Shown here piece after piece: positions 18,285 to 27,030 of a stretch of 49,034 bases of DNA. The position numbers and the translations under genes were made by a program. The DNA is from a virus. Taxonomy: Duplodnaviria; Caudoviricetes. The notes under the pieces are model-generated. The model saw only the letters and a list, made by a program, of their open reading frames with translations. It ran no database searches and was not told where the DNA came from. Numbering within the stretch: position 1 is the stretch's first letter; each line of letters starts with the position of its first letter. The stretch spans positions 1 to 49,034 of the IMG/VR virus record IMGVR_UViG_3300028587_000009; one strand, 5' to 3'.

Positions 18285-19397
18285 TCACTCCTTACCGAGG
18301 ATAAGGTCGAGAGACCAGCAGCCTCGCACATGTGAACCTGGCGAACGCAGGTGAGCGAGGATGGGATGAGGTTTACTGGGCAAATACCCGTCAGCAACCA
18401 GAGAGGCAAACATCTGACGCGGCATGATATCGACACTTGCCGGGGCGAACCTGTGCCATCCGCCATTGACTGCACAGTTATCCTCTGCCCACCTGATCGC
18501 ATCTTTGAGCCTCGGCGCGGTGTGTATTACCTCATCCTCATCAAGTTGGGATGGCCGCGCAACGACCTCAAACGAATGTCCGCCATGCGACCTGTAGACG
18601 ACGATACGCTTGGCTTCTCTTGGGAGTGTACAGCCAGCCTCCTCCAGCGCGTCCGCCAGCCATCCCAGCGTGATCGGATCGAGGCTGCCATCGTCGATGG
18701 TGCCGGTGCCGCGACAGGACGGGCAGAACCATGACCCTTTCTTGCCCATGCACGCCTCGCACTTCCGCCCCGACCGGTGCTGGTACGCGTCGGAGGCGAG
18801 CGAGAGGACTTGCGTGGTCCGATAGGGTGCGTTCCAACCCACCCCGCCACAGACGAGGCAATCGCCCGGATAGCCGACTTCGGGCGTCCATTCAAAGGGT
18901 CGATCCGACCCATGCCGCTTACCGTCTCCGCCGCAACGACCGCACACCGGCAGCGTCACGGGCCGGAACGGGTTGCCGACGATGTCGCGCAGGAGACTGG
19001 CCTGCTCTGCTGGCGGTATGGGCCAACCTTCATTAGAGAATACGTGGTATGAGTGTCGACCACCATCCCAGCAGGTCCAGGCTGCGGCACGCCAGGCATA
19101 GTCTTCAGGTGTTTTCTTTTCTCTCCATTGGTAAGATGCTTTATACCAGGCATCTTTTAATTCGGCAGGAGACACAAGACCGTCGGCATATCTCTCTGCC
19201 ACCTCAACAGCCCTGCGGCTATTCTCTTCTGTCATGTGTTTCCACACTCGACGGGCGCAGGCACATGCGAATAGTTGTAGCTTCCGCTGACTTACTGGGG
19301 CGTCACCTAATCCTTCTGCCTCATTAGCGTTGTGACCAGTAATTAGCCGCATCATAGCAGCAGGGTCTTCGCTGCTCAGCCACTCTTTCTCGTTCAT
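18285..19397 (-). CDS. Gemmata-type paralogous family protein with inserted DnaJ-like zinc fingers
   Basis: M-E-EWL...DP, RKLQLFACAC, AVEVAERYADG, LLRDIVGNPFRPV, LADALEEAGC, HVRGCW-LDLILGKE, plus four CxxCxGxG-like motifs. Confidence 0.75.
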   Translation of the reverse strand: MNEKEWLSSEDPAAMMRLITGHNANEAEGLGDAPVSQRKLQLFACACARRVWKHMTEENSRRAVEVAERYADGLVSPAELKDAWYKASYQWREKKTPEDYAWRAAAWTCWDGGRHSYHVFSNEGWPIPPAEQASLLRDIVGNPFRPVTLPVCGRCGGDGKRHGSDRPFEWTPEVGYPGDCLVCGGVGWNAPYRTTQVLSLASDAYQHRSGRKCEACMGKKGSWFCPSCRGTGTIDDGSLDPITLGWLADALEEAGCTLPREAKRIVVYRSHGGHSFEVVARPSQLDEDEVIHTAPRLKDAIRWAEDNCAVNGGWHRFAPASVDIMPRQMFASLVADGYLPSKPHPILAHLRSPGSHVRGCWSLDLILGKE

Positions 19398-19410
19398 ACG
19401 TCCCCTTTGG

Positions 19411-19605
19411 TTAGAGCCATTCTTTGTCCTTCTTTATTTCCTTCAGAGTCTTATCCTGACTTTCCTTGATCTCGTCCTCCCTTTTCTTGATGTCCTTTAG
19501 TATCTTGCTTTGTCGGTAGTCCAGGCGGAACGCTACGATTGTCGTTATTACAGAAACCAGGAATGACACTATGTCCAACCAACTTATGTTGTCCCACATA
19601 ATCAA
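19411..19605 (-). CDS. Small membrane protein
   Basis: N-terminal TM helix followed by a charged coiled coil. Confidence 0.55.
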   Translation of the reverse strand: MIMWDNISWLDIVSFLVSVITTIVAFRLDYRQSKILKDIKKREDEIKESQDKTLKEIKKDKEWL

Positions 19606-19910
19606 CCCCTGGCGTCTTCAGGGTGCCACAACTCGTAGCCTGCCGCCACTCGCTGTTGCATTACTAGTATCTTTTCGGCACTGCCGGGCATGGCCAGTGT
19701 CGGTTCCGGGGCTAAACCCCTCGGAGCCTTATTGGTGTTGGTTGTATTCCTAACCCTGTCAGTCTTGGGCTTAGCTTCCAGGGTAGGGTATGCTTCTCTG
19801 AACACAGAGAAGTAACAGGCGGTACATAGTCTTCTAGGTCTAGTGGGTCGTCGGAACCCACAATGTCTGCAAAGTTCCATTGTCCTCACCGTGGTTAAAA
19901 GGCGAGCCAC
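19602..19910 (-). CDS. Zinc-finger protein with planctomycete-type PGSxEK...LWHPxD C-terminus
   Basis: CRHC/CTAC and PTLAMPGSAEKILVMQQRVAAGYELWHPED. Confidence 0.65.
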   Translation of the reverse strand: MARLLTTVRTMELCRHCGFRRPTRPRRLCTACYFSVFREAYPTLEAKPKTDRVRNTTNTNKAPRGLAPEPTLAMPGSAEKILVMQQRVAAGYELWHPEDARG

Positions 19911-19942
19911 GCTCCACTATAACCTTTAGATTCAGGTTCTTG

Positions 19943-22204
19943 CTAGTCGGCTGCCTCCGATACAGTACTGGCCTCATCAAATATCTTCACCATCCTTTCA
20001 GTCAACCTCCAGTTAACCATGTTTGATTTTCCACCTGGCAGCAGCCTCCTGAATGGTTCCACAACCTTCAGTTGCCGGAGGAACTTTAGCAGTAGCCTCA
20101 TCTTCTCTTCAGTCTGGAAGGTGGCTGCCGCTATAGCCTTTACTTCCATACCCTGGTTGTCATCCTCGTACAGTGCCTTCACGATGTTAAGGGTAGTGCC
20201 CCTGGCAGTGTCCATTGCCACCTTGGTTACCCTGCTCATAACCTCTTCATCAACCTCGGTCCTGTTCAAGACGATTGACAGGCACATTGCCAGTCTGGTT
20301 AACTGGCTGCTCAATCTGGTGGCAACCTCACGCTCTACAACCTCTTCCTGGATCTTACTGGGCCTGGCCCGCATGTGAGCCACGAACTTACCAAGGTACG
20401 CACACCGCCGCTTGCTAGCTTCCGAGATGCTAACCCCTGCCAGTAGCTTACTGGCGTTGGCCCGTAGCCAGTCAACGTAGCCGCCAGTCATCTGCATGGC
20501 CACCACCAGATCGGGATCATGCTGGCTTTCAATCTTACCATTACTCTCAAGAGCAGTATTCCTAGCAGCCTGGTTCACTTTCCTCCAGAGAATCTCGTCT
20601 TCCAGATCGTCGTCAATCTCGTCCATCATGACGCAGTCTAGGAATCTCTCACCCAACTCCGACGAGTCGAGTCTTCTGAGAGAAGAGGTGCCACACAGAA
20701 TCCAGGTCATGCGGACCCCGATGTACTCTCGACTGATACGATTGCGGTAATGGGTCCGGCTGTTAGAGTCATAAAGGTCTCTGGCTTCAGATAGAATCTG
20801 TGCCAGGTTGGGTGACTCCAGGAGTGTGTCGCCATCCTTAGTAACCAAGGTCTTGTCATACAACTGACCGATCAGACCGTTGTCGTCGTCACCCTTGGCA
20901 TCACTCTTGTAGCCTGAATGGAAGCCACGCATGGTTGAGTTAGCCAAGATATTCTTCCTGCTGACGGCCAGTGCCTCGCATAGTGTAGTCTTGCCGCATG
21001 CGGCAGGTCCAATGACCTTAATCCACAGTTGGTCACCAACGCTCTTGACACTAGCGATACTGGCAAGCATGACGCTCAGAGTTACATCCATGCCTCTAGT
21101 CATCTTCATAGGCTTACGCCACTGGTTGATAAGGTCGTCCCACTTCTCGCACGGCAAGGTTTCCAGTTCAACCTTACCCTTGGTTTCAGACTTAGCACGA
21201 CCTTGAATCCATGTGCCGGGCACCGGAGCCATCATCTTTACAAGCGAATCCAACTGTTTGATACGCTCACGCTGGTTATCAGACTCGGTTAGGTGATCCC
21301 TCACGTCATAGCCGTCTGGTAGGTCAAGGTTGGGTCCGTCAACACCGCCCCACGTCATGTAGTTTACCTGGACCGGTGCCTTCTCCGCAGTGGCCAACGA
21401 CTGTGCCACCTTCTGCATAGCCCCGTATCCTGCTGGTGGTATGACTCTACCGGTTACTGGGTGCTTGCGAGGGTGGTCGTTGTCATAGCAGATCATGACC
21501 ATCTTACCGCCTAGCATCTCCTTCCATGTATCCTGGAATACATTACAGCCCGGCACCGCTATGATGTTGACAGTAGATAGTAGGCTGACATCAACGTTAC
21601 CAGTATAGGTCAGACCAAACCCTTCTTCACTCTTGGTGTAGAAGCAAGTTTCCCAGAGGCACATGGCATCCCATGGTCCTTCACATAGGATGACAGTGCC
21701 CTTCTTGCTGTCCCACAGGTTCACACCGTGCAGGCAGTGGTTGCACTCTGGTGTGGCGTATAACCTGTACCTACCATTGGCTTCCTTAACGTACCGGTAT
21801 AACTGGTTCATCTTACCTTCTGGAGAGTAACCTGGTACCAGCCATGTCCCATCTGTTACTGACCTGCACACGCCCCAGCTACTAAGGGTGTGATCGTAGA
21901 GTAGTCCTCTACTCTCCAGGAACGAGCCGCATCCGTTGTACGACTCCTCTTCCATCGAGTGCTGGTGTAACAGTCTCAGGAAGGTGAACACGTTGCCACC
22001 CTGCTCAGTCTTGGTGGACTCGGCACCTGTGTTGCAGGAGAAGCACCGCCACTGGCCAGTCTTGGCATTGATAGAGAACTTCTTGGCCTTGGCACAGAAC
22101 GGGCAGGTGCCAACCACTTCCTCCCTGTCAGAGTCGTGGTCGAAGTCAACGCCGTGGAATGCGTACGGCTTCAGGTGTTTGGGTAGGTTAACGACCTTTG
22201 GCAT
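19943..22204 (-). CDS. Primase-helicase (Zn finger + TOPRIM + AAA+/MCM-like ATPase)
   Basis: CPFC...WRCFSC; EGPWD and YDND TOPRIM motifs; Walker A GPAACGKTT. Confidence 0.85.
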   Translation of the reverse strand: MPKVVNLPKHLKPYAFHGVDFDHDSDREEVVGTCPFCAKAKKFSINAKTGQWRCFSCNTGAESTKTEQGGNVFTFLRLLHQHSMEEESYNGCGSFLESRGLLYDHTLSSWGVCRSVTDGTWLVPGYSPEGKMNQLYRYVKEANGRYRLYATPECNHCLHGVNLWDSKKGTVILCEGPWDAMCLWETCFYTKSEEGFGLTYTGNVDVSLLSTVNIIAVPGCNVFQDTWKEMLGGKMVMICYDNDHPRKHPVTGRVIPPAGYGAMQKVAQSLATAEKAPVQVNYMTWGGVDGPNLDLPDGYDVRDHLTESDNQRERIKQLDSLVKMMAPVPGTWIQGRAKSETKGKVELETLPCEKWDDLINQWRKPMKMTRGMDVTLSVMLASIASVKSVGDQLWIKVIGPAACGKTTLCEALAVSRKNILANSTMRGFHSGYKSDAKGDDDNGLIGQLYDKTLVTKDGDTLLESPNLAQILSEARDLYDSNSRTHYRNRISREYIGVRMTWILCGTSSLRRLDSSELGERFLDCVMMDEIDDDLEDEILWRKVNQAARNTALESNGKIESQHDPDLVVAMQMTGGYVDWLRANASKLLAGVSISEASKRRCAYLGKFVAHMRARPSKIQEEVVEREVATRLSSQLTRLAMCLSIVLNRTEVDEEVMSRVTKVAMDTARGTTLNIVKALYEDDNQGMEVKAIAAATFQTEEKMRLLLKFLRQLKVVEPFRRLLPGGKSNMVNWRLTERMVKIFDEASTVSEAAD

Positions 22205-22494
22205 TACTCGTCTCCGTATGGTGGCTCGGCCCAGCCGTGACCATTCTGTACCCAGTTGCCCAGGTCTTGACGGTCGAGGTGGGTTACAATTGGTTTGGAT
22301 TCCTTCACACTTTTAAACAACTCAGGCTGGGTTGTCCTTATCAACTCAGCCAGGGCGAGGATAACTGGTGGAAGCGATGGTGCAGATGAAATCATCTGCA
22401 AATGGAGAGACTGGTAATGGTCCAAGGCATCAGCCATGTCCAGTAACAGTCTCGCCATTCGCTCCACCAACACTTTGTCGGTGGTGTTGCTCAT
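22204..22494 (-). CDS. Hypothetical protein
   Basis: TAATG overlaps with both neighbours. Confidence 0.65.
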   Translation of the reverse strand: MSNTTDKVLVERMARLLLDMADALDHYQSLHLQMISSAPSLPPVILALAELIRTTQPELFKSVKESKPIVTHLDRQDLGNWVQNGHGWAEPPYGDE

Positions 22495-23399
22495 TACTTC
22501 TTCAGTTCTCCTGGTACAGACTCTTTAGCCTTGTCTGCCTCCCACGTAGCCTGGTTACGCTTGCAGACCTTGGCCCAGACTTTGTTGAGCACCAGTTGCA
22601 GGTCAATCTTCTCCCTGGTAGCGAAGTCGCACAGGAACACCAGTAGGTCTGCCACTGCGTCTTCCTTGGCTTCCTGTGCTTCTGTAGGTGGTAAGCCTCT
22701 GCCCTGGTGGAGTCGCAGTACTACCCTACTCAACTCACCCAACTCTTCCATCACGCCTAGCAGGGCTGGCACCGGACCCAGTGGGTGTCCATAGCTAACG
22801 CTGTTAACGTCCTTGCTACAGTTCTCACCGAACTGCTCCTTGGCCCACTTACCAATCTCTTGCTGAATCTGACGGAAGCTCTTCTCAGCTTCAGTATCTC
22901 TGGAAGAGAGTGACTGTATGAACTCCTCTCTAGTCATCGACTTGTCTTCATGTTGGACCGGTATGATCGGCTCTTTAACTGTACCGGGCCAACCCTTTGG
23001 TTTCTTCTCCACTACTTCCTCCTTCGGTAAGAGTAAGTCGAATATCTGCTCAGCGTAGTTGCCGATTGGTCCGCTGTGTCTACCGGCAGTCAGATCAGCT
23101 TCCAGAGTCAGCAGGGCGAACAACAGTCTCCGTGCTACAAGGAACTGTGCGCGCCTGGTAGACGAGACTGTGGAGAAGTTGTCCGAGTCGCAGCACTCGA
23201 TCAGCTTATCCATGTAATGCAGTGCCTTGTCCAGAGACGTCAGCCCCTCCTTTAGTTTGTATCTGGTAAGGTATTTGGTGACCGCGCCGACGAACCAAGC
23301 CTCACCGTACAATTCCCACATTATATCCCAGTGTTGCTTACCATTCAGCAGGTTCGTCTGGTAGTGGGTGCCGCCAATCTGTCTGTCATTTGCGCTCAA
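22494..23399 (-). CDS. DUF3310 (T7 gp1.7-like) domain fused to MazG-like NTP pyrophosphohydrolase
   Basis: N-terminal ANDRQIGGTHY...KYLTRYKLKEG...LDKALHY; C-terminal EELGEL...EDAVAD MazG motif. Confidence 0.8.
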   Translation of the reverse strand: MSANDRQIGGTHYQTNLLNGKQHWDIMWELYGEAWFVGAVTKYLTRYKLKEGLTSLDKALHYMDKLIECCDSDNFSTVSSTRRAQFLVARRLLFALLTLEADLTAGRHSGPIGNYAEQIFDLLLPKEEVVEKKPKGWPGTVKEPIIPVQHEDKSMTREEFIQSLSSRDTEAEKSFRQIQQEIGKWAKEQFGENCSKDVNSVSYGHPLGPVPALLGVMEELGELSRVVLRLHQGRGLPPTEAQEAKEDAVADLLVFLCDFATREKIDLQLVLNKVWAKVCKRNQATWEADKAKESVPGELKK

Positions 23400-23581
23400 G
23401 TGTTACTCCTTCTTGTAATATCGTTGTACCGTGGATTCCCATTCAAGTAGAACCTCCGTATCACACCGTAAACTCTAGATATAGAGATGTTGAACCTCTT
23501 CGCCAGGGCCGCATAAGACTCGCCTGCCAACCAATACCGGATCAACTCACGGTTGCGTCTGGTCTTCTCTGGTAGAGGCAT
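23396..23581 (-). CDS. Small HTH (Mor-like) DNA-binding protein
   Basis: RNRELI...GESYAALAKRFNISISRVYGVI. Confidence 0.7.
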   Translation of the reverse strand: MPLPEKTRRNRELIRYWLAGESYAALAKRFNISISRVYGVIRRFYLNGNPRYNDITRRSNT

Positions 23582-24791
23582 TAACCACCCTCTTGTACCT
23601 CGTCTCTGTCCACATTGTAGCCGCAATCTTCCAGGCGAAATCTTTGATCTGAAGGATACGCTTCCTTACCTGTGTTGCCGGTGACCCTAGCTTGTAGTGG
23701 TGGAACGCCGAGAACATGGGCTGTGCTACTGTCCTGAAGAACGGCTCGTCCCAGTTCAATGAGTCTATCATCTCCACAGAACGCTCAGTTGGATTCTGAT
23801 TGATGTCAACAAAATCCTTTAGTTCTCGATCAAACACTGTCCAGTTATGAACCAATGGGACATGGTTCTTGCTGGTGTCACTAGCCAGATTCTGAATAGC
23901 CTGCACATCCCTACCAGACTCAAGCCACTCCTCCGGGTTCCAATTGTTGGTGTAGGCGTGCAGATTATTGGTAACGTGGTGATACTTCCCGACCTGCACA
24001 CCAAGGTGTGCGGCTAGATATTCCTGGAGGAAAGTAAAATGCACATAGTTGGCTCCGAACAGTCCCCAGATCATGTCATTACTCCTGTTAACGACAGTCA
24101 TGTCTAGCCACCGGTTGGGCAAGAAGATGTTATCTGGGTCGCCAACACAGTTCGGACAGGTGAATGGGGACTCGTCAAGCTCTGCCGCACGCTCTGGTGT
24201 CCAGTTACCCTTGCATGTTGGGCAGACCGGGTCCGTACGCAGGGCGAACATAACCACCAAGTTACAACACACATCCTTGGAGTTATCTATCCTCAGTAGA
24301 TCGCCCCCCACATTCCACATTGACAACACCGCACGCCTACTGTGGGGGTTGGCTCTCAGGTGGTTGATGATTACCTGGAGTTGGTCAACGTAGGTTGGTG
24401 GCTCCAGCATTCCGCCGTGTTTACTGACGTAGTCAGCGTTGCCATCCTCAATCATATAACGACGCCACCTATACCCGTAAGCACCATTGAACGTCATTCC
24501 ATCGTCGCTAAACTCGGCCATCCTCTTGACGTAGTACTGCAACGGAGCCACATCATTCCTGCCAGCTAGCATCCACAATGCTTCGTACAGGTGGAAGAAC
24601 GGGTTACAATCCCGTGCAGGGTTGAGCAGTACCCTGGCTTTAGGATTGTGATAGGTGATGGTGATTGGCTCCGGATGGTAGATGCAGTCACCGTACCGAC
24701 TGGGTGTCTTCTCGACCAGTGCCCTACCTGTGTGGAACAACTCGACTACTTGGTGAAACGCATCCGCTAAGTCTCTGTACTTCAGGTGCAT
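23547..24791 (-). CDS. Thymidylate synthase-fold enzyme, probable dUMP hydroxymethyltransferase
   Basis: NPFFHLYEALWMLAGRND, GAYGYRWR, SRRAVL, KDVCCN, RSNDMIWG..GAN (Asn indicates a dUMP substrate), NLHAY. It neighbours an aGPT-Pplase gene. Confidence 0.85.
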   Translation of the reverse strand: MHLKYRDLADAFHQVVELFHTGRALVEKTPSRYGDCIYHPEPITITYHNPKARVLLNPARDCNPFFHLYEALWMLAGRNDVAPLQYYVKRMAEFSDDGMTFNGAYGYRWRRYMIEDGNADYVSKHGGMLEPPTYVDQLQVIINHLRANPHSRRAVLSMWNVGGDLLRIDNSKDVCCNLVVMFALRTDPVCPTCKGNWTPERAAELDESPFTCPNCVGDPDNIFLPNRWLDMTVVNRSNDMIWGLFGANYVHFTFLQEYLAAHLGVQVGKYHHVTNNLHAYTNNWNPEEWLESGRDVQAIQNLASDTSKNHVPLVHNWTVFDRELKDFVDINQNPTERSVEMIDSLNWDEPFFRTVAQPMFSAFHHYKLGSPATQVRKRILQIKDFAWKIAATMWTETRYKRVVNASTREDQTQP

Positions 24792-24828
24792 GGTATCCTC
24801 CTGTCTTAGTCGGGCGACTATCTTCCTA

Positions 24829-24857
24829 ATGTTAACAGAACTAAACCTCAAAATCAA
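24829..24857 (-). promoter_or_regulatory. sigma70-type promoter for the dUMP hydroxymethylase operon
   Basis: TTGATT-N17-TAACAT with an extended -10 TG. Confidence 0.55.
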
Positions 24858-24900
24858 CAGCCCCTCCGTGTATCCCGTCCAAATTTTTATCGAATATCTA

Positions 24901-24929
24901 TTGACTAATCCATAGCTCTCTCCTATACT
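24901..24929 (+). promoter_or_regulatory. sigma70-type promoter for the lone + strand wHTH gene
   Basis: TTGACT-N17-TATACT. Confidence 0.7.
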
Positions 24930-24973
24930 ACTCTTGTGTGGACCATAACCATCGCCCTGTAAGGAGCTAAGTC

Positions 24974-25366
24974 ATGTCGGAAGTCAAGAAGCCAGTCGCC
25001 TCCACCGCAACCGCAACCAAACCGGCTGGCAAGAAACCGGCGGCTCAGAAGCCAGCCACTCCAAAGCCACCGGCTCAGAAGCTGACCAAGCTGACACCGG
25101 AAGAGGAGCGTGAGAACGCTACGTCCGTTGGACTGGGTTTGGTACAGTACCGTATCCTGCGTGCGATGTCCGACGGTACGGAGCACAGCTATCGAGACAT
25201 CGAGGCGAAGACCGGCTACTACAAGAACCTCACCCCGGTCATGCGTCAAGCCTACGATGGTAGCCTTTCTGCAAAAGGTCTGATCAAAGAGGTTGTCAAG
25301 AACGTTGATGGCAAAGAGAAAATCACCTTCGTCATCACCGCCAACGGCAAGAAGCTCGTCAAGTGA
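24974..25366 (+). CDS. Winged-helix protein with histone H1-like K/P/A-rich N-terminal tail
   Basis: RBS AAGGAG and its own promoter. KPAGKKPAAQKPATPKPP tail; RILRAM...SYRDIE...KGLI...FVITANGK wHTH pattern. Confidence 0.75.
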   Translation: MSEVKKPVASTATATKPAGKKPAAQKPATPKPPAQKLTKLTPEEERENATSVGLGLVQYRILRAMSDGTEHSYRDIEAKTGYYKNLTPVMRQAYDGSLSAKGLIKEVVKNVDGKEKITFVITANGKKLVK

Positions 25367-26075
25367 CCCTCCGCCCTATGCAAAACATCATCCTGTCAAG
25401 CATAGGGCATCCCACCCCATCCTGCATCATTCTATCCAGTTCTGCACGGTAACATACCGTGTGGAACTGGTCTCTTAATCGACTCAACCTCCTGGCGAAG
25501 TTGGCTAGAGACTTGTCTCTGCTATGGTGGTACTCCAGTACCAGCTTGTTGCACGGAGGTATAAGATCGGCGTCTATTATACCAAGCTCAGACCCCTCAA
25601 TATCCATTTTCACCCCATCCCAACCACCTTGTAGCAACCCAGCCCACACGTTAGGTACTAGTCTGCTATGCTTGTACCCTCGAACTCTCATCACGGTATG
25701 CCTAGCCGTATTGCTAGGGTCTCCGTTGTGATACAGGTCAACCTCATGACAGTTGTGTTCCGTAACGGCAGCCATGTGGCAGTCTGCCCACGGGCAGTTT
25801 CTCTGGAGGAGAGTATAGTTATCCTCATCTGGTTCGTAGCAGGTGACTCTCGCTCCGGCCAGGTGGCAGTAGAGTGCGAACACTCCGATGTTAGCTCCTA
25901 GATCTAACCATCGTTCCCCAGGCAGCACGTCGAATCCCACCTTCACCTTTCGATACGACTTGTCCTTAAATACCTCTCGTATGGTGTGACTATCAGTAGT
26001 GTCTGGTCTATACCGAAAGTTAACACCCTGTATCTTGGTAACCACCAGTTTCTTGCTGGAAACTCTTATCACCAC
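25359..26075 (-). CDS. FkbM-family SAM methyltransferase
   Basis: LDLGANIGVF, YEPD, VKMDIEGSE, LVLEYH. Confidence 0.88.
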   Translation of the reverse strand: MVIRVSSKKLVVTKIQGVNFRYRPDTTDSHTIREVFKDKSYRKVKVGFDVLPGERWLDLGANIGVFALYCHLAGARVTCYEPDEDNYTLLQRNCPWADCHMAAVTEHNCHEVDLYHNGDPSNTARHTVMRVRGYKHSRLVPNVWAGLLQGGWDGVKMDIEGSELGIIDADLIPPCNKLVLEYHHSRDKSLANFARRLSRLRDQFHTVCYRAELDRMMQDGVGCPMLDRMMFCIGRRVT

Positions 26076-26944
26076 TCGTCTCCTTTCCCATCATAAAGAC
26101 CCCGTGTCCTACCCTCGTGGAGCCTGGTTCGCTCCCACTTGTCATACTCACACATGCAGTTTTGGAAGTCTATGGCTTCCATCCTAGCCACCAGGTGTTT
26201 GTTCAGCCTCCTACTCAACCTTTCCTTAACCTCTTTCATCTCAACCTGGAACTGTCGTCCGCTCACCTTGTACCGCATGTCTCGCTCATACAGCCGGTTC
26301 AGACCCTTAACCGAACCCGGTCCTACGGGGAACCAAGTCCACCGATCGGCCCACTCACCCGTCACCGCCCAACGCAAGTCTGCTACTATCTGGCTAGCTA
26401 TGAACTTGCTCACACCTGGAAACCCCTGCAAATCCATCCAGGTTGACCGCATGCTAAACGGGGTTATATCTGGTGCCATACGATACATGGTGTCACAGAC
26501 TATGTTGATAACCTGATACACCTTAGTCTGCTTCTCACGGTCTCGACAGCCGTGATTGCCGGTTATCAGGTACGCTGCGGAGAAGTTTTTCAACCCATGT
26601 CTACTCCTTTCCTCCAGAAGATCTGTTAGTCGGGTAGGCTCCCATACGTGAGGAAATCCTACAGCCTCTAGTGAATCAACCCTGTTAAGGTGTCTAGCCA
26701 GGGTTGCAGCCAACAGTATGTTGGGGTGGTCCTTGTAGGGCGTATACCAGTTCTTGATCAACCAAGAAGACACCTTGTCGTCTGCCCTGACTACGTTGCA
26801 GAACTTCCTACTCTGCAGAATCCTGTCATCTGTCCAGGGCTTGGGCAAACCCATCTTCTTCTTCATACGAATCTGCTCCCGCTCGGTTACCCAGTATACC
26901 AGTCGCTCGAACGGGGGTAGCTTACCGGCATCACTTACTAACAT
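26069..26944 (-). CDS. aGPT-Pplase1 / 5-hmdU DNA kinase helical-domain family base-hypermodification protein
   Basis: ERE-IR...PWTDDRILQ..KFCNV.R.DD.VS, HhH-like FPGVSKFIASQIVADL, GPGS..GL, QNCMCEYDK. Confidence 0.8.
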   Translation of the reverse strand: MLVSDAGKLPPFERLVYWVTEREQIRMKKKMGLPKPWTDDRILQSRKFCNVVRADDKVSSWLIKNWYTPYKDHPNILLAATLARHLNRVDSLEAVGFPHVWEPTRLTDLLEERSRHGLKNFSAAYLITGNHGCRDREKQTKVYQVINIVCDTMYRMAPDITPFSMRSTWMDLQGFPGVSKFIASQIVADLRWAVTGEWADRWTWFPVGPGSVKGLNRLYERDMRYKVSGRQFQVEMKEVKERLSRRLNKHLVARMEAIDFQNCMCEYDKWERTRLHEGRTRGLYDGKGDEW

Positions 26945-26966
26945 TCATATCCCCCTGTAGATAACA

Positions 26967-27020
26967 ACGGGTGGGGTTTCGACTGGACAGGAGGAAAACC
27001 AGTCTACTCCCCCAACCCGT
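26967..27020. other. Intergenic stem-loop
   Basis: Arms ACGGGT/ACCCGT, GGGG/CCCC and GACTGG/CCAGTC; 12-nt loop. Confidence 0.55.
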
Positions 27021-27030
27021 CATACAGACT

